DNA from: Octopus bimaculoides
Taxonomy: Eukaryota
NCBI RefSeq assembly: GCF_001194135.2
Contig: NC_068981.1
Span: forward strand, 8,411,592 to 8,446,940
Direction: 5' to 3'
Length of the DNA stretch: 35,349 nt
The translations under genes and the position numbers were made by a program. The notes under the pieces were generated by a model, which made no database searches, had not been told where the DNA came from, and was given only the letters and a program-made list of their open reading frames with translations. Of the stretch, positions 34,186 to 35,349 are shown piece by piece (within the stretch, counting starts at the first letter, position 1; every line of letters begins with the position of its first letter).

Positions 34186-34916
34186 AGTTAAACCGAAACT
34201 TTACCACGATATTTAGAACAGATCAGGGCTGCATTAAATGGACAGAAAACTACCTTGTGGTGTTAAATGGACAATGGATCACTGAAAACAGAAACAGCCT
34301 CTTTGATGGACTTGCACAGTTTTTCTGTCTATCAAATTTCCCTTCCCCAAAGATTGAGTTGAGTAAAGCCTGTGGTTGACGACCAAGAACCCAATGTGTT
34401 GCACTGCAGGATTGAAAACCAACCTCTACATATTTGTTAAATGAATTGCTTAAACCTCACAACTAAGGCCTATAATCAATAATCTAAAAGAAAATCAATG
34501 TTTGTTGTTTATGTTGGTCAATCTTGATCCAACTGAATTCTGATTAAATAGACATTCCATTCATGAACATCCAGGCTGGGAAATCTATGTTAACCTTGTT
34601 ATCCAAAATGTGCTTTTTTTAAAATTCAGGTCAGTTGACTGATACAGACACTCCTGTTAATTAACTGCTGATTAAGGTGGGGGTCTAATGAAGTAATTAA
34701 TTTACATACTTCAAATGAGTGTTAATGTATCAAGGCAGGATATCATGATATGACAATTAATGTGCAAGATAGCACATTTTAAGTTTGGCCTTGCTCTTAG
34801 TCAGGCTTTTTAATTCTTGAAGACAACAACAACAACAACATATATTTAGAAAGGAAGGTGAAATACATGTATGTGTGTGTGTAAGAATGTGTGTATATGT
34901 GTTAATATATACATAG

Positions 34917-35130
34917 GCACTGAACTGGTAGAATCATTAACATGCCAGGCAAAAACGCTTAGTGGCATTTCACCTGTCTGTATGTTCTGAGTTCAAATTC
35001 CAGTGAGGTTGACTTCACCTTTCATCGTTTTGGAGTTGATAAAATAAGTACCATTTGAGAACTGGAGGGTCAATGGAATCGATTTAACCCCATCCTCCAA
35101 ATTTGCTGCCCTGTACCAAATCTGAAACCA

Positions 35131-35134
<4 letters not shown>
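34917..35134 (+). mobile_element. tRNA-derived SINE family A (full length)
   Basis: ggcactgaactggtagaatc...gagttcaaattc...cctttcatcgttttggagttgataaaataagtacca. Confidence 0.85.
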
Positions 35135-35170
<36 letters not shown>

Positions 35171-35349
35171 ATATTAGGGACAAAATCCAAAATTACACGT
35201 AAAAACTCAATTAAAACAATTTATAAAAAATTAAAATTAAATTGAGCTTTATAGATAAAATATATATAAAATATATAGTTTTAGGGAAAATAACCAAGTT
35301 TCAAGAACTTATCGATGAAAATCCACTATCACATATAGAAAAATTAATA

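Overview
AT-rich, repeat-dense eukaryotic DNA from a draft assembly with eight N gaps. The SINE set and microsatellite style look like an octopus/cephalopod genome; this is inference from remembered repeat sequences, not a database search. No host protein-coding gene can be called with confidence, and most ORFs in the track are translations of (TA)n, (CA)n, (ATC)n or N runs. Supported content is a transposon graveyard: two decayed Penelope-like (PLE) fragments, RTE, CR1 and Tx1/L1 LINE fragments, a probable RLE-type LINE tail, a near-full-length DD37D (maT) Tc1/mariner element with TIRs, a mariner remnant and MITE, a hAT transposase pseudogene with a nested SINE, hAT- and piggyBac-type MITEs, and many SINEs. 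The most interesting signals are: (1) three minimal type I hammerhead-ribozyme-like motifs, the best at 24893-24928 on the minus strand; (2) a roughly 80-95 aa Asn/Ser/Thr-rich insert between the GIY- and YIG-like motifs of both PLE endonuclease copies; (3) three phase-compatible candidate microexons on the minus strand at 32.4-34.3 kb; (4) unexplained palindromes, including a perfect 31-bp hairpin, a 309-bp foldback with a central 16-bp slippage array, and an 18-bp CRE-centred palindrome. All alignments were done by eye.
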